Below are positions 1 through 12,939 of a DNA stretch of 64,000 nucleotides, piece by piece (the first letter of the stretch is position 1; every line of letters begins with the position of its first letter). The stretch comes from Octopus vulgaris (taxonomy: Eukaryota), in assembly GCA_951406725.2 (NCBI GenBank), contig OX597824.1, positions 43,090,001 to 43,154,000 on the forward strand. Reading direction: 5' to 3'. Position numbers and translations under genes: made by a program. The notes beneath the pieces are model-generated. The model had not been told where the DNA came from, did not search any database, and saw nothing but the letters and a program-made list of their open reading frames with translations.

Positions 1-1177
1 CAGTATTTCGATATGTGTATTTACGTACTGTGTTAAAATCTAATCTAACTAGTCCTGCTAGATCTTTCCGTAACAACGAGTATTAGCAGAAATAGTGTGA
101 AGACTGCGAAAGGCTTAACGATACCAAGCTTCTATTTGTTTTCCCTTTCAGGTTAAAATAGATATTGCATTGTGTGCTGCAGCTTGTAACTGAAGGTAGC
201 AAATATTGTGTATAATTTCATAGCTCAGACAAGAAGAGGGAAGAGAAGGAAGAAGCGTTGCAAAGGAAACAGCTGCAATAATAACAACAATAATAGCAGC
301 AGCAACAGAAACAGCTGCCTTAACTTAAGACAAATTGCAGTGTTAGAATCATTGAAGACGCTAGCTTTTAATATTTCATCTTGAGAAGCTGGTAATGGTA
401 GTGGCAATTTTTAATGTTATTACTTGAAGTTGTTATTGTGAGGTTGATGTTAGTGATGACAGAGTGGGGGGGGGACATATTTTTCCGCACTTGCAAATTA
501 CTGAAATGATACCAACATGATTATATGTCACTTTTATCTTTTATTCAGATTAGAGAGCTTCTATACTGTAAAAGCTCTCTTTAAGTTTAGCAATGAACAA
601 TAAACAAAAAAAAAATGTAATTGACTAGTTTGGAATTAGCCTCTCCTCTTTCGTTCTTCCCTATCTTTCATGTTTTCATTCATTCAATCTTTATTTTCGT
701 TCATGCATTTTAAAATTTCTTATCATTTATACATTCATTCTCTTGTCTTCCAGCCTTACTCCTTTCAATGCCAAACAAAGAAAAACTACGTCATCATCGT
801 CGTCGTCGTCATCATCTTCTTCTATGCACAACTGAGCGCAGTACTTCGGGCTCGTACAATATTTTGCTTGGGTTTTGAATTTTCTTTTGTAATGCTAATA
901 AATAATGTTCGTCATAAGTATGCAGTGCCTACAAGTGGGTTTTTTTGTGCATAATATTTAAGAGTAAGAGAAAAGGAAGTATGAACCCCAGTGCAGAACT
1001 GGTATTTTATTTTTCTGACCTAAAATGATGACAGGCAAAGTTTGAACTCAGAGCGTACAGAACAGGAAAAATTATTGCAAAGCAATCAATCCGATGCTCT
1101 AACGTGACTATCAATTAGCAGAGTCGTTAGAGTGTCTATATATACATAGGTATGTGTGTGTATGTATATATATATAC

Positions 1178-1208
<31 letters not shown>

Positions 1209-1289
1209 CGTATGTGTGTATGTATGTATGTATGTATGTAAGTGTGTATGTATTTATCAAACGAGAGAGAGAAAGAGAGCAAGAGTGAG

Positions 1290-1700
1290 AGAGAGAAAAG
1301 CAAACAAGAACACGAAAGGCAAGATAAACAAAAATTTTCGTTATTAGTTTCACATTAATAGAAATAGGTGTTTTTGCGTTTTACGCATGAGCTCTTCTTC
1401 AGAAGTTGAAATGTAAGACGAATGAAAGCGAAAAAAAACAAAAAAAAAACCAATATTGTATTGAAGACAAATGTTCACGTTCGTATCGTCAAATCAATTT
1501 AATTTTGGATGCAGGAACAATAGGTATATCGTTAAATAGTTGTGAATGCGTATCATTATATTTGAATAACAATGGAACAGTCTTTGAATAACAATGGAAT
1601 AGTACTTTACATAATACACTGCTAGTTTGAGTAACCACCTGCATTGCTGAGTTTTTAACCGCTGCTGCCAAACAAAAGTGCCGAATCTACAAATTAATAT
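1290..1700 (-). mobile_element. Penelope-like element 3' relic (GIY-YIG C-terminus plus decayed hammerhead)
   Basis: Minus frame ends ...YLLFLHPKLN* (~1496-1530), resembling PLE endonuclease C-termini. It is followed by CTGAAGA-A-GAGC-TCAT-GCGT-AAAACGC (1374-1404), a decayed version of the motif at 20704. Confidence 0.4.
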
Positions 1701-1948
1701 GTTTAGTAAAACATACCCATGTATAAAAAAGACTATTTCAAAACCTTATTTAAAAAATCATTCAGCTTCATTTGATGACCATGAAAGTGAGCATATATTT
1801 TTGCTCACCAAGATAATTTAAACAAGAAATAGAAATATGAATTTGAATCTAACAAGTTATGGTTTATCAATATTTTGCTACAACAATTTGAGGATAAAAT
1901 ATAGATCAGTAATAATTCCCAGAAAAAATTAAACAGAAAACCGCCACT

Positions 1949-2480
1949 AATTATACATCCAATTAGACACCATAAAGACCTATATGTTATTGATAGTCAT
2001 TCTAAAGGCATATTGCAATTTTTATGATCAACACATATGGAAATGTAGGATGGATCACACTTAATGAGATAAAAAAACCAAAAATAGTAACATCTGAATT
2101 GATTATATAGTAGGAGCAACGGACATTTTCATTCCGAAATAATCTTACTGCACTTTTAAAAATCGGAGAACAAACTTCTAACAGAGTCCATCTATTCGCT
2201 TAAAATAATAAGAATTATACATCCAATTAGACACCATAAAGACCTATATGTTATTGATAGTCATACTAAAGACACATTGCAAATTTTATGATCAACACAT
2301 ATGGAAATGTAGGGTGGATCACACTTAATGAGATAAAAAAAAATAACAAAAGTAGTAACATATGAATTGATTATATAGCAAGAGGAACGGACATTTTCAT
2401 TCCGAAATAATCTTACTGCACTTTTAAAAATCGGAGAACAAACTTCCAACAGAATCCATCTATTCGCTTAAAATAATAAG
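1949..2480. repeat. Tandem duplication, two ~265-bp units
   Basis: The block AATTATACATCCAATTAGACACC...CGCTTAAAATAATAAG occurs at 1949-2212 and 2213-2480 with few substitutions. Confidence 0.95.
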
Positions 2481-2967
2481 AGAAGATAAACATCCGTTCC
2501 CCCACCCCCACCTTCATTATAGATTTAAAATAACCGAACACAGTATTATAATAGTAAAATTATTCGATGAAACCCTAGATTTCAACAATTTGTTATTTTA
2601 TCCCTATGACAAATAGAGCAGAGTATTAATATAAACATAATCAAAAGTACAACCATAACAGACATCGTCAAAATTACTAAATACGTACTGGAACATTTCC
2701 GCAGCACTTTGGAATAACATCAATACCATAATAGAATGAAATCTACTCGCAGAAAGCAACTGTGCAACGTTCTACATTTCAACATACAAAGGTACTATAC
2801 ATCTGTAACTAGAATCTATAAATTTCTTCATGGATGCTCTAAGCGAATGTTAGAACTATTATTGGGTTGGTGCATAATTTATTGCAGCTTTTTTTTTCAA
2901 CAAATCATATTCAACAAAAACATCTTTAAGTCACGGTCTGAGAACCCAGGTTCGAAATTTCCCAAAG

Positions 2968-3011
2968 ACACCTGATGAAGGCTGGAGGGTATATCAGCCA
3001 AAACGTTGTGT
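2968..3011 (+). ncRNA. Minimal hammerhead-like motif, core mutated (GAAA>AAAA)
   Basis: ACAC-CTGATGA-A-GGCTG-gagggtatat-CAGCC-AAAACGTT-GTGT. Stems I and II pair, but G12 is A. Confidence 0.65.
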
Positions 3012-3081
3012 TAACAACAAACAAGATGAGGACAAATATCCGTCTAATGTAAATAATGTAATAACTAAATATAGCTAATAA

Positions 3082-3296
3082 TGGTTTCAAATTTTGGCAC
3101 AAGACCAGCAGTTTGGAGAGAGGGGTTAAGCCGATTACAACGACCCTAGTACTTGACTGGCACTTTTTTTTATCGAATCCGAAAGGATGAAAAGTAAAGT
3201 CGACCCTGAGGGAATTTGAACTCAGTACGTAGCGGCAGACGAAATACTGCTAAGCATTTGGCCTGGTGTGCTAACGATTCTGCCAGATACCCGCCT
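3082..3296 (-). mobile_element. tRNA-derived SINE, family B
   Basis: Minus strand has A-box-like TGGCAGAATCGTTAG, B-box GAGTTCAAATTCC and a core similar to CTTTCATCCTTTCGGGGTCGATAAA, which recurs more than 10 times in the window. From memory the core resembles the Meta-SINE domain. Confidence 0.85.
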
Positions 3297-3744
3297 TATG
3301 AATATCGATAATGATCGTTACCAATCACATTCGACGTTACTATGTGAGCTTTCGAATAACCAGGATTAGTGATATGGTGGATTTGTATCGAGTGTCAAAG
3401 CTAAAAGAATAGCTGCATTTGATAAAAGGAGGTTTATATAAAGACTACGAGCTCCTGTTACTGAAGAATTTTGTCTTACAAAATACGAAGGAATAAGACA
3501 GGATCTACATTCGATTTTGAACAGCGTCTTTTTCAAATAACAACCGATCAAAATACTACAGTAACAAATTTCTCGGATGTCATCTGAAATTTGAACAATT
3601 CATTACTTTATCTTAATAACAAATAAAATGAAATATTTAATCATATAAACTATGCAGTCATCCTAAAGTTATCATAAATGATATACGCCAATCATACGTG
3701 ATACTAACATAACTATCAACCAATTTGTTTATATATACATGCAT

Positions 3745-3775
3745 GCATACATACATACATACATACATACATACA

Positions 3776-3868
<93 letters not shown>
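3745..3868. repeat. (TACA)n-(TA)n compound microsatellite
   Basis: Directly visible; representative of dozens of similar arrays in the window. Confidence 0.98.
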
Positions 3869-3870
<2 letters not shown>

Positions 3871-4397
3871 TCGGCATCACTCAAGCTAAAAAGTAGCTAT
3901 AAATGTCCTAGGATTGTTCGGTATGAAAATAGTATCTGCATAATAGGACACTATCGGATTTCTCTTCAAAAAGTTATCATTCAAGTAAGAAATGAAATTG
4001 TTTTCTATGTAATTAGCTGTTCAGTATTTAATGTATTGTGGTACACATTCAATGATGGTGTTAATAACTTATTTTATAATTTAATTGTATAACTGCAAAT
4101 AACTAATTCAAGCATTCTATAAATAATAATACAGGGATAAAATTAAAGTGTAAACAGTTTTATTTCATTTTTAACTATCATTGGAGGTAATATTTTCCTT
4201 TTCTCGTAATTCTAAAATTCTAAACGGAAATTGAAAAATGAATGGAAACTGAAGTGTTGGTAGGCGAAGGACACAAGGGAAAAAAACATTCATATAAAAA
4301 TTGGAACTGCAATACATGTGGTGATAAAGAAATATATTGAGAATAGCAAGGAGACTCAGTTTATATGATATTCGCCTTGAAAATTCTGTGTAGCATC

Positions 4398-6480
4398 TCA
4401 GAATTTCAGCACCCCAGGATGCACAACGCTATCGTTTTTGCCACCTGAGATTTACATTGGTTTTGAGGGTTTCCAACTCTTGAACAACATGCTGGAGCAC
4501 CGCCTTAAAGGGTTTTAGTTGAAGGTCTCGACTCCAGTACATATTCTTTGTAAGCTTAGTACTTATTCTATCGGTTTTTTTTACCGAACCGCTGAGTTAC
4601 GGGGACGTAAACACGCCAAAATCGGTTGTCAAGCAATGGTGAGGGAAAAACATAGACACACACACGAACACATACATACATACACATACATATATGTATA
4701 CGATGGGCTTCTTTGAGTTTCCGTCAACCAAATCCACTCACAAGGCTTTGGTCGGCGCGAGGCTATAGTAGACGACACTTGCAGGTTCTGCGCAGTGGGA
4801 CTGAACCCAGAACCATGTGGTTGGAAGCAAGCTTCTTACCACACAGCCACACCTGCTGTTAATGTTTACAATTAAGTCTGATGGAATGAGGTGGAAAATT
4901 TTACACCTACTTGAAAATCAAGTCTACTCAATCGAAATGAGACATCTTGTAGTAAAAAAGGAATTGTGAATCATAATAGCATCCTTTAATTTGGTGCATC
5001 TTGTAAGAATAGTATTCTCGAAGACATGTGGCATAACTTTTTAACCATTAGTCCCGCTTGTGACATTGCAAAATCGCGGTTGGTCTATATTACGCAGCGG
5101 GGTTAGGAAGGATTTATTTTTCTAGTTGTAAGTTTATACGGTGTTAGACCTGAAGGTTTCAAGTTTTTTTTTCCAAAAATATACTAGGATAGCGAAGTAC
5201 TTCTCGATCCATAATAATTTCAATGGATTCGTAGGTTGGACTTGTTTCTGTGACTGCGTCAGCTACACGTTGATGCTGTCGAGTTAATCGTAAGTGTAGC
5301 TCCTTTGCACAGTTACAATGTCACATAAAGATGTTGTAGCTTAGAGAGCAGCTTCGATATAAATTCGTCTACTGTCTTTACCGCAGTGTTTACAGGAGTT
5401 AGGTTAATTGTACCATTACTGTCAACAGAAAATCGCTCATTTTCAATTTGTAACAATTTTTTAACAAAATGACCAATTAGCTGATTTTCTAAAAATGGGC
5501 CTACATATTTGTAAACTGTTTAAAGATTTTAATGATGATCCAAAGCGGTAACGATTTAACACACGACCAAATTTCATCGACTTTTGTTCCTTTGGGGATT
5601 ACCGGCAGAGTGTGAAGGAAGTCAACTGACAAAATTGATGCTCCCCTTTCTATTTGAGGTGTATCTCGCAAATCTTATTATATCCTATTAAGGGCCTCCT
5701 GATTTCTTTAGCGTACCATTGTGCATATGACAAGCCAAAACCATAACCTTTACTAGCATTAAATGACAAACACTCTGGCTGTGAGATCATACCTGTGAAT
5801 GTACGTTTGACTTAGAAATATGCTCTTTCTGAATCCCTTTCCGTTTTTGAGTTACACATGAAAGTAATGAAGAGTGTATTTGTTCGTGCATGTATCGAAG
5901 GTTACCAGTAACATTTGAAGGAAGAATACAAAGCTGACCGTTCTTTCCTCCATCTCCATCTTTGTTGATTGCCTCCCTTAAATGCACATAAGAGTCGACC
6001 CTCACCTTCTTCTTAAATTAGTTCTAATGTAATACAATCTCTCAGATTCCATCTTAGCATGTATGTTGAATGTTAACTTGTGGGGAAGAGTTTAATGTCG
6101 ATTCAGGCTTTTGAATAAATTTCTCCAAACCGTGAAGTAATAAGTATAAAGAAGTTCATGCATGAGATAACTTCTGAAGAATTTTATCAGGCCTGTGATA
6201 ATTCGAAATGGTACCAACTTTCATCATTGACATAAAACAAAGGATGTTGCAGTAGATCATAGAATCGATGTGTCTCATTTGCATTTTGACAGAGTTTGTT
6301 TTTGTACTTCAGAATGATGTCTCATTTTGCAATATGGCTCTCCATCCACGATGACAGCGTATTCTTTGCATTCAGATGCATTGAAATGTATCTATATAGT
6401 GGTCCCACTGTTTTCATCAACGCCTATTTGAAAACCCAATATGAGCTCATACACCAACGAAACTTGAAACTTGTGACATA
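4398..6480 (-). mobile_element. Helitron Rep/PIF1-helicase relic, internally deleted and interrupted by a SINE
   Basis: Minus-strand fragments in canonical order: ETHRFYDLLQHPLF (~6235-6280); RVDSYVHLREAINKDG..GQLCILPSNVTGNLRYMHE (Rep, ORF 5787-6005); PKGTKVDEIWSCVKSLPLW; LRNIDQPRFCNVT (helicase); CSRVGNP and GKNDSVVHPGVLKF* (C-terminus). Confidence 0.85.
4488..4856 (-). mobile_element. tRNA-derived SINE, family A, inserted in the Helitron
   Basis: Head GCAGGTGTGGCTGTGTGGTAAG...GGGTTCAGTCCC; body matches the copies at 7370, 11235, 46200 and 58157. Confidence 0.9.
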
Positions 6481-7369
6481 ACTATTCTTTATGTAGACTA
6501 TGACTTTCTATATCATATTCGTTTAGTTATCCTTTTCTCTCGCTCCCTCTTTTATGTTTCATTTTCATATTTTCTTGTGCACTCGAATTAGACACTGAGC
6601 TCTCACATTTGTGAAACCACTTGCATATTTCATTTACCAGCCAATTGCATTTATATTTAAATTCATATTTCTTCAGTTTCTCTTAAACTTTACAATTACG
6701 TTTTAATTCATATACAGAGAAACACTAGCAAAATGGGAAATTTTAATTTTTGTTTATTGTAATTTGAACTCGCATCTGGTGCATTTATTTGACTTCATAT
6801 TTCAGTTAATCAAAATTATTTTTTAAAGGATTACCAACAGATGGAAGAAAGAGAGAGACACAGACAAGAGAAAATAGTACGAAAGGAAGAAATATTATGT
6901 GGCGAATATCACTGGATCCTGAGTGGATGAACAGACAACAAACTTTCAACGGCCACATCAGTCAGTTCAGTTAGCGACCTGTTGCTAACAACTGTAGTCG
7001 TGATGCGTGTAGATGAGATATTTCAGCAAGCGAAAGACCACTTTGACTAAAGTTCAGGTTAGACATTCATACCTCTTCGTTCGAACGTAGAAGAGTTACA
7101 TTATTCCGGGAGTTATATCACCTGACCAGATGATGATGATGATGATTATGATGATGATATACAGGTAAGGAGTTATGATGGCGTCGACGTGACATAAGAG
7201 TACGAAATAGCGTTAAAGGCTATAATAATGAAAAGGTAGAATAAATTACAAGATGGGTCATAAAGTAGGTAAAAGATAGTCAGATAGATGGTTAGGCAGT
7301 TTGGTGAAATATATGGAGATTGATATCATGATTTTGAACCTCTTCAAAATCCATAAAATTCATAATTAT

Positions 7370-7580
7370 GCGCAGGCGTGGCTGTGTGGTAAGAAGCTTG
7401 GTTCCCAGCCATATGGTTCAGGGTGCGGTCTTGTACTATAGCCTAGGGCAGACCAAAGTCTTGTGAGTGGATTTGGTTGAAGGAAACTAAAAGAAGCCCA
7501 TCGTGTATATATATATATGGCTTTGGAGAGTTTAACACTATTTTAGCAAGCAGGTGCATATTGTACCCTGATTTTTAATA

Positions 7581-7640
<60 letters not shown>

Positions 7641-7850
7641 TCTATGTTTCTCTCCTATAACTGTTTCGCAATTGGTGGTAGTGTATATACGTCCCCGTAA
7701 CTTAGCGGGTCGGCAAAGAACTGTAGAATAATTACCAAGCTTAAGAAATAAGTCGTGGGGTCGATTTGTTCGATTAAAAAACCCTTCAAGGGGGTGCTCC
7801 AGTATGGCCGCAGTTAAATGACTGAAACAAGTGAAAGAATAAAAGAATAA
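7370..7850 (+). mobile_element. SINE family A with internal (GT)n expansion
   Basis: GCGCAGGCGTGGCTGTGTGGTAAGAAGC head; tail ...ATGGCCGCAGTTAAATGACTGAAACAAGT. Confidence 0.9.
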
Positions 7851-7900
7851 ATTAATGAGGAAGCATGTAAATGTTCACTTGATTTACCCAGAAATAGCAG

Positions 7901-7958
<58 letters not shown>

Positions 7959-8177
7959 TGCTCTATTGTCTTCAAAACGAGGGATCCATTGCGTAGCCAC
8001 TTGGCGAATACAACCAGATCCTTGATTATATGTCTGAGCAGGAGTTAAACAGCAGCAGACAACGACAGCGTCGACGGCGGTAATTGCAACGCAACGATAA
8101 CAGCAAATTCAAATGTTTTAATCTTGTTATCTCACTGGTCACAGTGCATCGATGCAGATTTCGGAAGTGAAGAGAAG

Positions 8178-8212
<35 letters not shown>

Positions 8213-8289
8213 GGAGAAAGGAGAGTAGTCTATATCAGAGTTTGACTTGTACTTCGTTTATCGACTTATGAACAGTGAACAAAACACGA

Positions 8290-8560
8290 CCCTACACTAT
8301 GTTACACTGGGTTACACAGTATTATATTATTGTACATTACATTATGCTACACTACGTTCAATTATTCTGCATTACTTTCACTACATTACACTAACCATTA
8401 TTATATGCACCACAATATTACACCATGTCACACTATATTACATTATAATATATTACATTACGCTATCTTATACTATATTACACAACACTTCACAGTACAC
8501 AACGATTCTCTTTAATACATTACGTAACGTTACACTGTACTGCATTACATTTTTGCTACT
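8290..8560. repeat. Degenerate pentamer array (TACAY/TATAY)
   Basis: 5-bp periodicity, e.g. tacac tatgt tacac ... tacat tacat. Confidence 0.8.
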
Positions 8561-8570
8561 TCTAGAAAAC

Positions 8571-8790
8571 TACGACAAGGTGCTGAAAAGTTCCTGGCTT
8601 TAAGGGTGTCGCGAAAAGCTTGGTTGGAGACCTGACTTTCCGAGTTCTTTTACACGGCTTAGAAAACTGAAGGACCGCGGCAATAAGTGTGTGAATCTGA
8701 GAGGGGAACCTGTTGAATAAAATCATAATTAACTGATCCTCCTATATTTTCTTTTACCCAAAGCCAATAACTTTTCAGTACTCCCTCGTG
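8571..8790 (+). mobile_element. Mariner-derived MITE (~220 bp)
   Basis: TIR TACGA..GGTGCTGAAAAGTTCCTGGCTTT versus AAAGCCAATAACTTTTCAGTACTCCCTCGT. The interior resembles a mariner transposase C-terminus (..[21 protein letters not shown]-like). Confidence 0.85.
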
Positions 8791-8844
8791 AGTGTGTGCC
8801 TCTGTGTGTGAGCGTATGTATGTATAATTATATATATATGTATG

Positions 8845-8948
<104 letters not shown>

Positions 8949-9128
8949 TATACACATACACACACCTATATATATATGTATTATGTACGTATGTATTATG
9001 TATGTATGTATGTATGTATGTATGTATGTATGTATGTATGTATGTATGTATGTATGTATGTATGTATGTATGTATGTATGTATGTATGTGTGTATGTATG
9101 TACGTATGTATGTATGTATATACATACA

Positions 9129-9348
9129 CACTAGAGGATGCTCAAAAGTTCCTGGCTTTAAGGGTATCGCGAGAGGCCTAGCTGGAAGCCCAACCTTCCG
9201 AGTTCTTTTACAGGGCTTAGGAAAACTGAAGGATCGCTGCAATATGCGAGTGAATCCGAGAGGGCAACCTGTTGAATAAAATCATAAGTAACTGATCCTC
9301 TTGTATTTTCTTTTACCCATTGCCAGGGACTTTTCAGCACCCCTCATA
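9129..9348 (+). mobile_element. Mariner-derived MITE, same family as 8571
   Basis: Collinear with 8571-8790; reads [23 protein letters not shown]. Confidence 0.85.
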
Positions 9349-9383
9349 GTGTAATGTGATGTAAAGTAATGCAATGTGTAGAT

Positions 9384-9639
9384 CAGTAGTTCTCAACTAA
9401 TTTTTATTTATGGACCCCTTTAATTTTTATTCTATTCTGATGGACCCTCAGAGCCATTCGATGTTTAAAAAACCCTATCATATTTTTATAATCAAGTATT
9501 ATTAGGAATTGCATAAAAAAAATATATAATTGAAATATTTTGTGTATTGTAGATGTATAATCGGTTTATTGCCGATAAATTTTAACAAAATCTTGTCTGG
9601 ACCCCCAAGAGACATATGGACCCCAGTTGAGAACCACTA
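9384..9639. mobile_element. hAT (Charlie/MER5-like) MITE
   Basis: TIRs CAGTAGTTCTCAAC ... GTTGAGAACCACTA; repeated subterminal TGGACCCC; partial 8-bp TSD gtgtagat/ggttcgat. Confidence 0.75.
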
Positions 9640-10559
9640 GGTTCGATAATTGCTGTTGCAATACGTTTGATCCTCGGTCTTCTTAATCAAGGTTACCTTG
9701 GTCTCGAAGGCTCTAACAATAGCAACAACACTGTTGTCTAAACAACTCTCTACTCGAAATAGCAGCTAAATTTACATCATATTGCATCCAGCTTTCTTTA
9801 AAAAAATAGTCACATTGCGTAAGCTAATCAAGAAATTATAAACTGATGAGTTGGTCGTAGTTTAAATGTCGTTGGAGACAGTTGAGCCCCCGATTAAGCC
9901 GATCTGTTGTAGAGAACAACAACAATAACACTAGCAACAAAATGATCGACCTCATCAACAGCGGTATAACTTATCACCCGCAAAATAAAACTACCACCAG
10001 TAATCTAACATCGTCATCCCCTCCACCACTGTCACCTGTGATAACCTCACCATTAAAGTCTATAACAACAACAGCATCAACACAACCACCACTTTTACCA
10101 AACCCATTTCCACCACCTTCACCACTATCTCCACCACAACAAAACTCAGCCACCCGAGCCATCATCGTCAACACCCTCCCACCACCTCTACCCACCACCA
10201 CAACCTACATCACATCACATCACCACAACCCTCACCACCGTGACCACTGTCGCCGCCACCACCTCCGCCGTCACCACAACCACCACAACAACAACAACCA
10301 TATCCACCCTAGTCACCACCACCGTCACCATTACCACAACCCTCTCCACCGCCATTACTGACACGATCATCATCACCGCAATCGCCACCGACGCCGACGC
10401 CGCCGCCACCGCCGCCACCGCCATAAATATCGCCATCAACTACGTGAATAGCAACTTTGATGACGTCAATAGTTTCATTGACAATGTCGATAATTTTAAC
10501 GTCGCTTTAACCATCCACAAACCTGCTCTACCACCTTAGCACTCGTCAGCGTGAAAGCC

Positions 10560-10750
10560 TCTGTGCAGTCACTCGACTTGCTAGAAATAGCAGTCTACAT
10601 TTACCTCAGTTCACACTTTACATGTCTCAGAATAGAATGTGCTGGATTGTCGGTCCTGAGCTGATTCCCTGTACACAGGAAATAATCATGGAGGTCCATG
10701 AGCATTTGATCCTAGGTCAGCTTAATCAGGGTTGACCTGGGATTAATGCA
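10560..10750 (+). mobile_element. Interspersed repeat family E (SINE-like, often with CAA tail)
   Basis: CAGTCACTCGACTTGCTAGAAATAGCAG...TCAGGGTTGACCTGGG. Related copies at ~7870-8060, 9750-9925, 15183-15352, 35268-35530(-), 54545-54740 and 54835-55180. Confidence 0.7.
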
Positions 10751-11234
10751 GCAACAATAACGCCCACCTGTACACCGTAAGACAACACAAATAGATCACG
10801 TCCGCATCGTCACTGCCATTACTGTGGTGGTGGTGGTAGTGGTGGTGGCGGCGGTGGTGGTGGTGGTGGCGGTGGCGGTGGCGGTGGCGCCGGCGGTAGG
10901 GGTTGTGTTTAATGTAGTAACTGCGCTTGTTGTGTTCGTTGTGAATTGCAGTTGGAGAGGTTGTAGTGGTATATGGCTCTGGTTGTTGCGTAGGCTGTAG
11001 TTGTGAAAGCTGCTGTGGTAGATGTGTGGTTATGTTTGCGATGACGATGTTGGTGGTAGCAGTTGCGATGGTTGAAATGGTGGCGCTATTAGTAGTGATT
11101 GTAATAATGTCTGGTTGTTTTGGCTCTTGTTGTGTTATAACTGCAGTGATAGTAATTTCGGTTGTAACAGTGGCGGATGTGATAGCGGTAATTTGTAGTG
11201 GATGTGACATGTCTACCTTTTTTTTTCTCTCTTT

Positions 11235-11617
11235 TTCTCTTTTTACTTGTTTCAGTCATTTTGACTGCGGCCATGCTGGTGCACCGCCTTTAATCGAGCA
11301 ACTCGATCCCCGGGACTTATTCTATCGGACTCTTTTGCCGAACCGCTAAGTGACGGGGACATAAACACACCAGCATCGATTGTCAAGCAATGCTAGGGGG
11401 ACAAACACAGACACACAAACATACACGCACATACATATACATATATACATATATACGACGGGCTTCTTTCAGTTTCCGTCTACCAAATCCACTCACAAGG
11501 CTTTGGTCGGCCTGAGGCTATAGTAGAAGACACTTGCCCAAGGTGCCACGCAGTGGGACTGAACCCGGAACCATGTGGTTGGTAAACAAGCTACTTACCA
11601 CACAGCCACTCCTGCGC
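11235..11617 (-). mobile_element. SINE family A, near full length
   Basis: Minus head GCGCAGGAGTGGCTGTGTGGTAAG, B-box GGGTTCAGTCCC, CORE-like ACCTTGGGCAAGT. Confidence 0.92.
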
Positions 11618-12330
11618 CTTGTGGTAGTTCTGGTAGTAGTTGTGGTTGGAGTTATGTTGTTGTTGTTGTTGTTGTTGTGGTGGTGGTGGTGGTGGTGGTG
11701 GTGGATAGAGTTCAGCATGTGGTGATGGGCATGATTGTAGCGATGGTTGTGTTTGTAGCATCGGTTGTAGTTTATGTTAGTGTTCGGCTGTAACAGTGAG
11801 TGACAATGCTATTTAGCCGCAGGTCATCACTGGCCAAAGGTATTTTCAACCGTAACCATCGTGTATTTTTCCTGTGTACAGGGAAAGCAGGACTTTAATT
11901 CGATTCAATCTGTTTCATGTCTATGACAGGTCGGTGTATATTTGACGAAATTTGGCGGGTCGGGTCGCTCGTTCTTCGGTATTGGGTCCGGTAAAGAGTG
12001 ATGGTGGTTGGGTTGTTGTTGTTGTTGTTGTTGCTGCTGCTGCTACTGCTGCTCTTGTTGTTGTTCTTGTGCTCATAGTGGTATTGATAAAGCATCGATG
12101 GTAATTGCAATGGTGAGGATGACGGCGGCGATGGTGATCAATAGATTTTATAATAGACGTTGACAGTAATATCAGCATTTACTGCTGTAGAGTTAATTCA
12201 CGGCTATTGCATCATCACAGGCAATGCCAACACTAACACCATCAACACCACCACCACCATCATCAGCAATAACAAAAACAACATCGCACATCACAACAAC
12301 ACCAGCGACAGCAACAAGAATAATCACAAC

Positions 12331-12591
12331 TACGAGGGTGGTGTGCTGCTGAAAAGTTCCCGGCTTTAAGGGTGTCACGAAAGGCCTGGCTGGAGGTCCA
12401 ACTTTCCGAGTTCTTTTACAGGGGGTTGAAAAAAATAGAAGGACCGCTGTAATAGGTGTGTGAATCTCAGAAGGGAATATGTTAAATAAAAATCATAATT
12501 AACTGATCCTCATTAACTGATCCCGTTTTTTCTTTTACCCGAAACCAGGAACTTTTCAGTACTCCCTCGTTGCATATATGTGTATGTGTTT

Positions 12592-12652
<61 letters not shown>

Positions 12653-12887
12653 CATGTGTGTGTGTGTGTATGAGTTTGTGTGTGCGTGTGTCTGTGTCTG
12701 TGTTTGTGTGTGTGTGTTTGTGTGTGTTTGCGTGTGTGTGTTTTGTGTGAGTGTATGTGTGTGTGAGTGTATGTGTGTTGTGTGTGTGTGTATCTGAGAG
12801 AGGAATATGTTGAATAAAATTACAATTAACTAACCCTCCCGTATTTTCTTTTAGCCAAAGCCTATAACGCTCCAGTACCCTCTCGTA
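12331..12887 (+). mobile_element. Mariner MITE (12331-12570) plus a second 3' half-copy (12790-12887) joined by (GT)n
   Basis: Same TIR and body as 8571; the half copy resumes at the internal GTGTGTG-ATCTGAGAG. Confidence 0.85.
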
Positions 12888-12939
12888 CAATAAAAATTAG
12901 ATCATTAGCAACAACAACAACAACAACAACAACAAAAAT

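Noticed and set aside
9843-9870. CTGATGAG as a hammerhead (also the minus-strand CTGATGA near 40786-40792)
   Set aside because: No suitably placed GAAA or stems.
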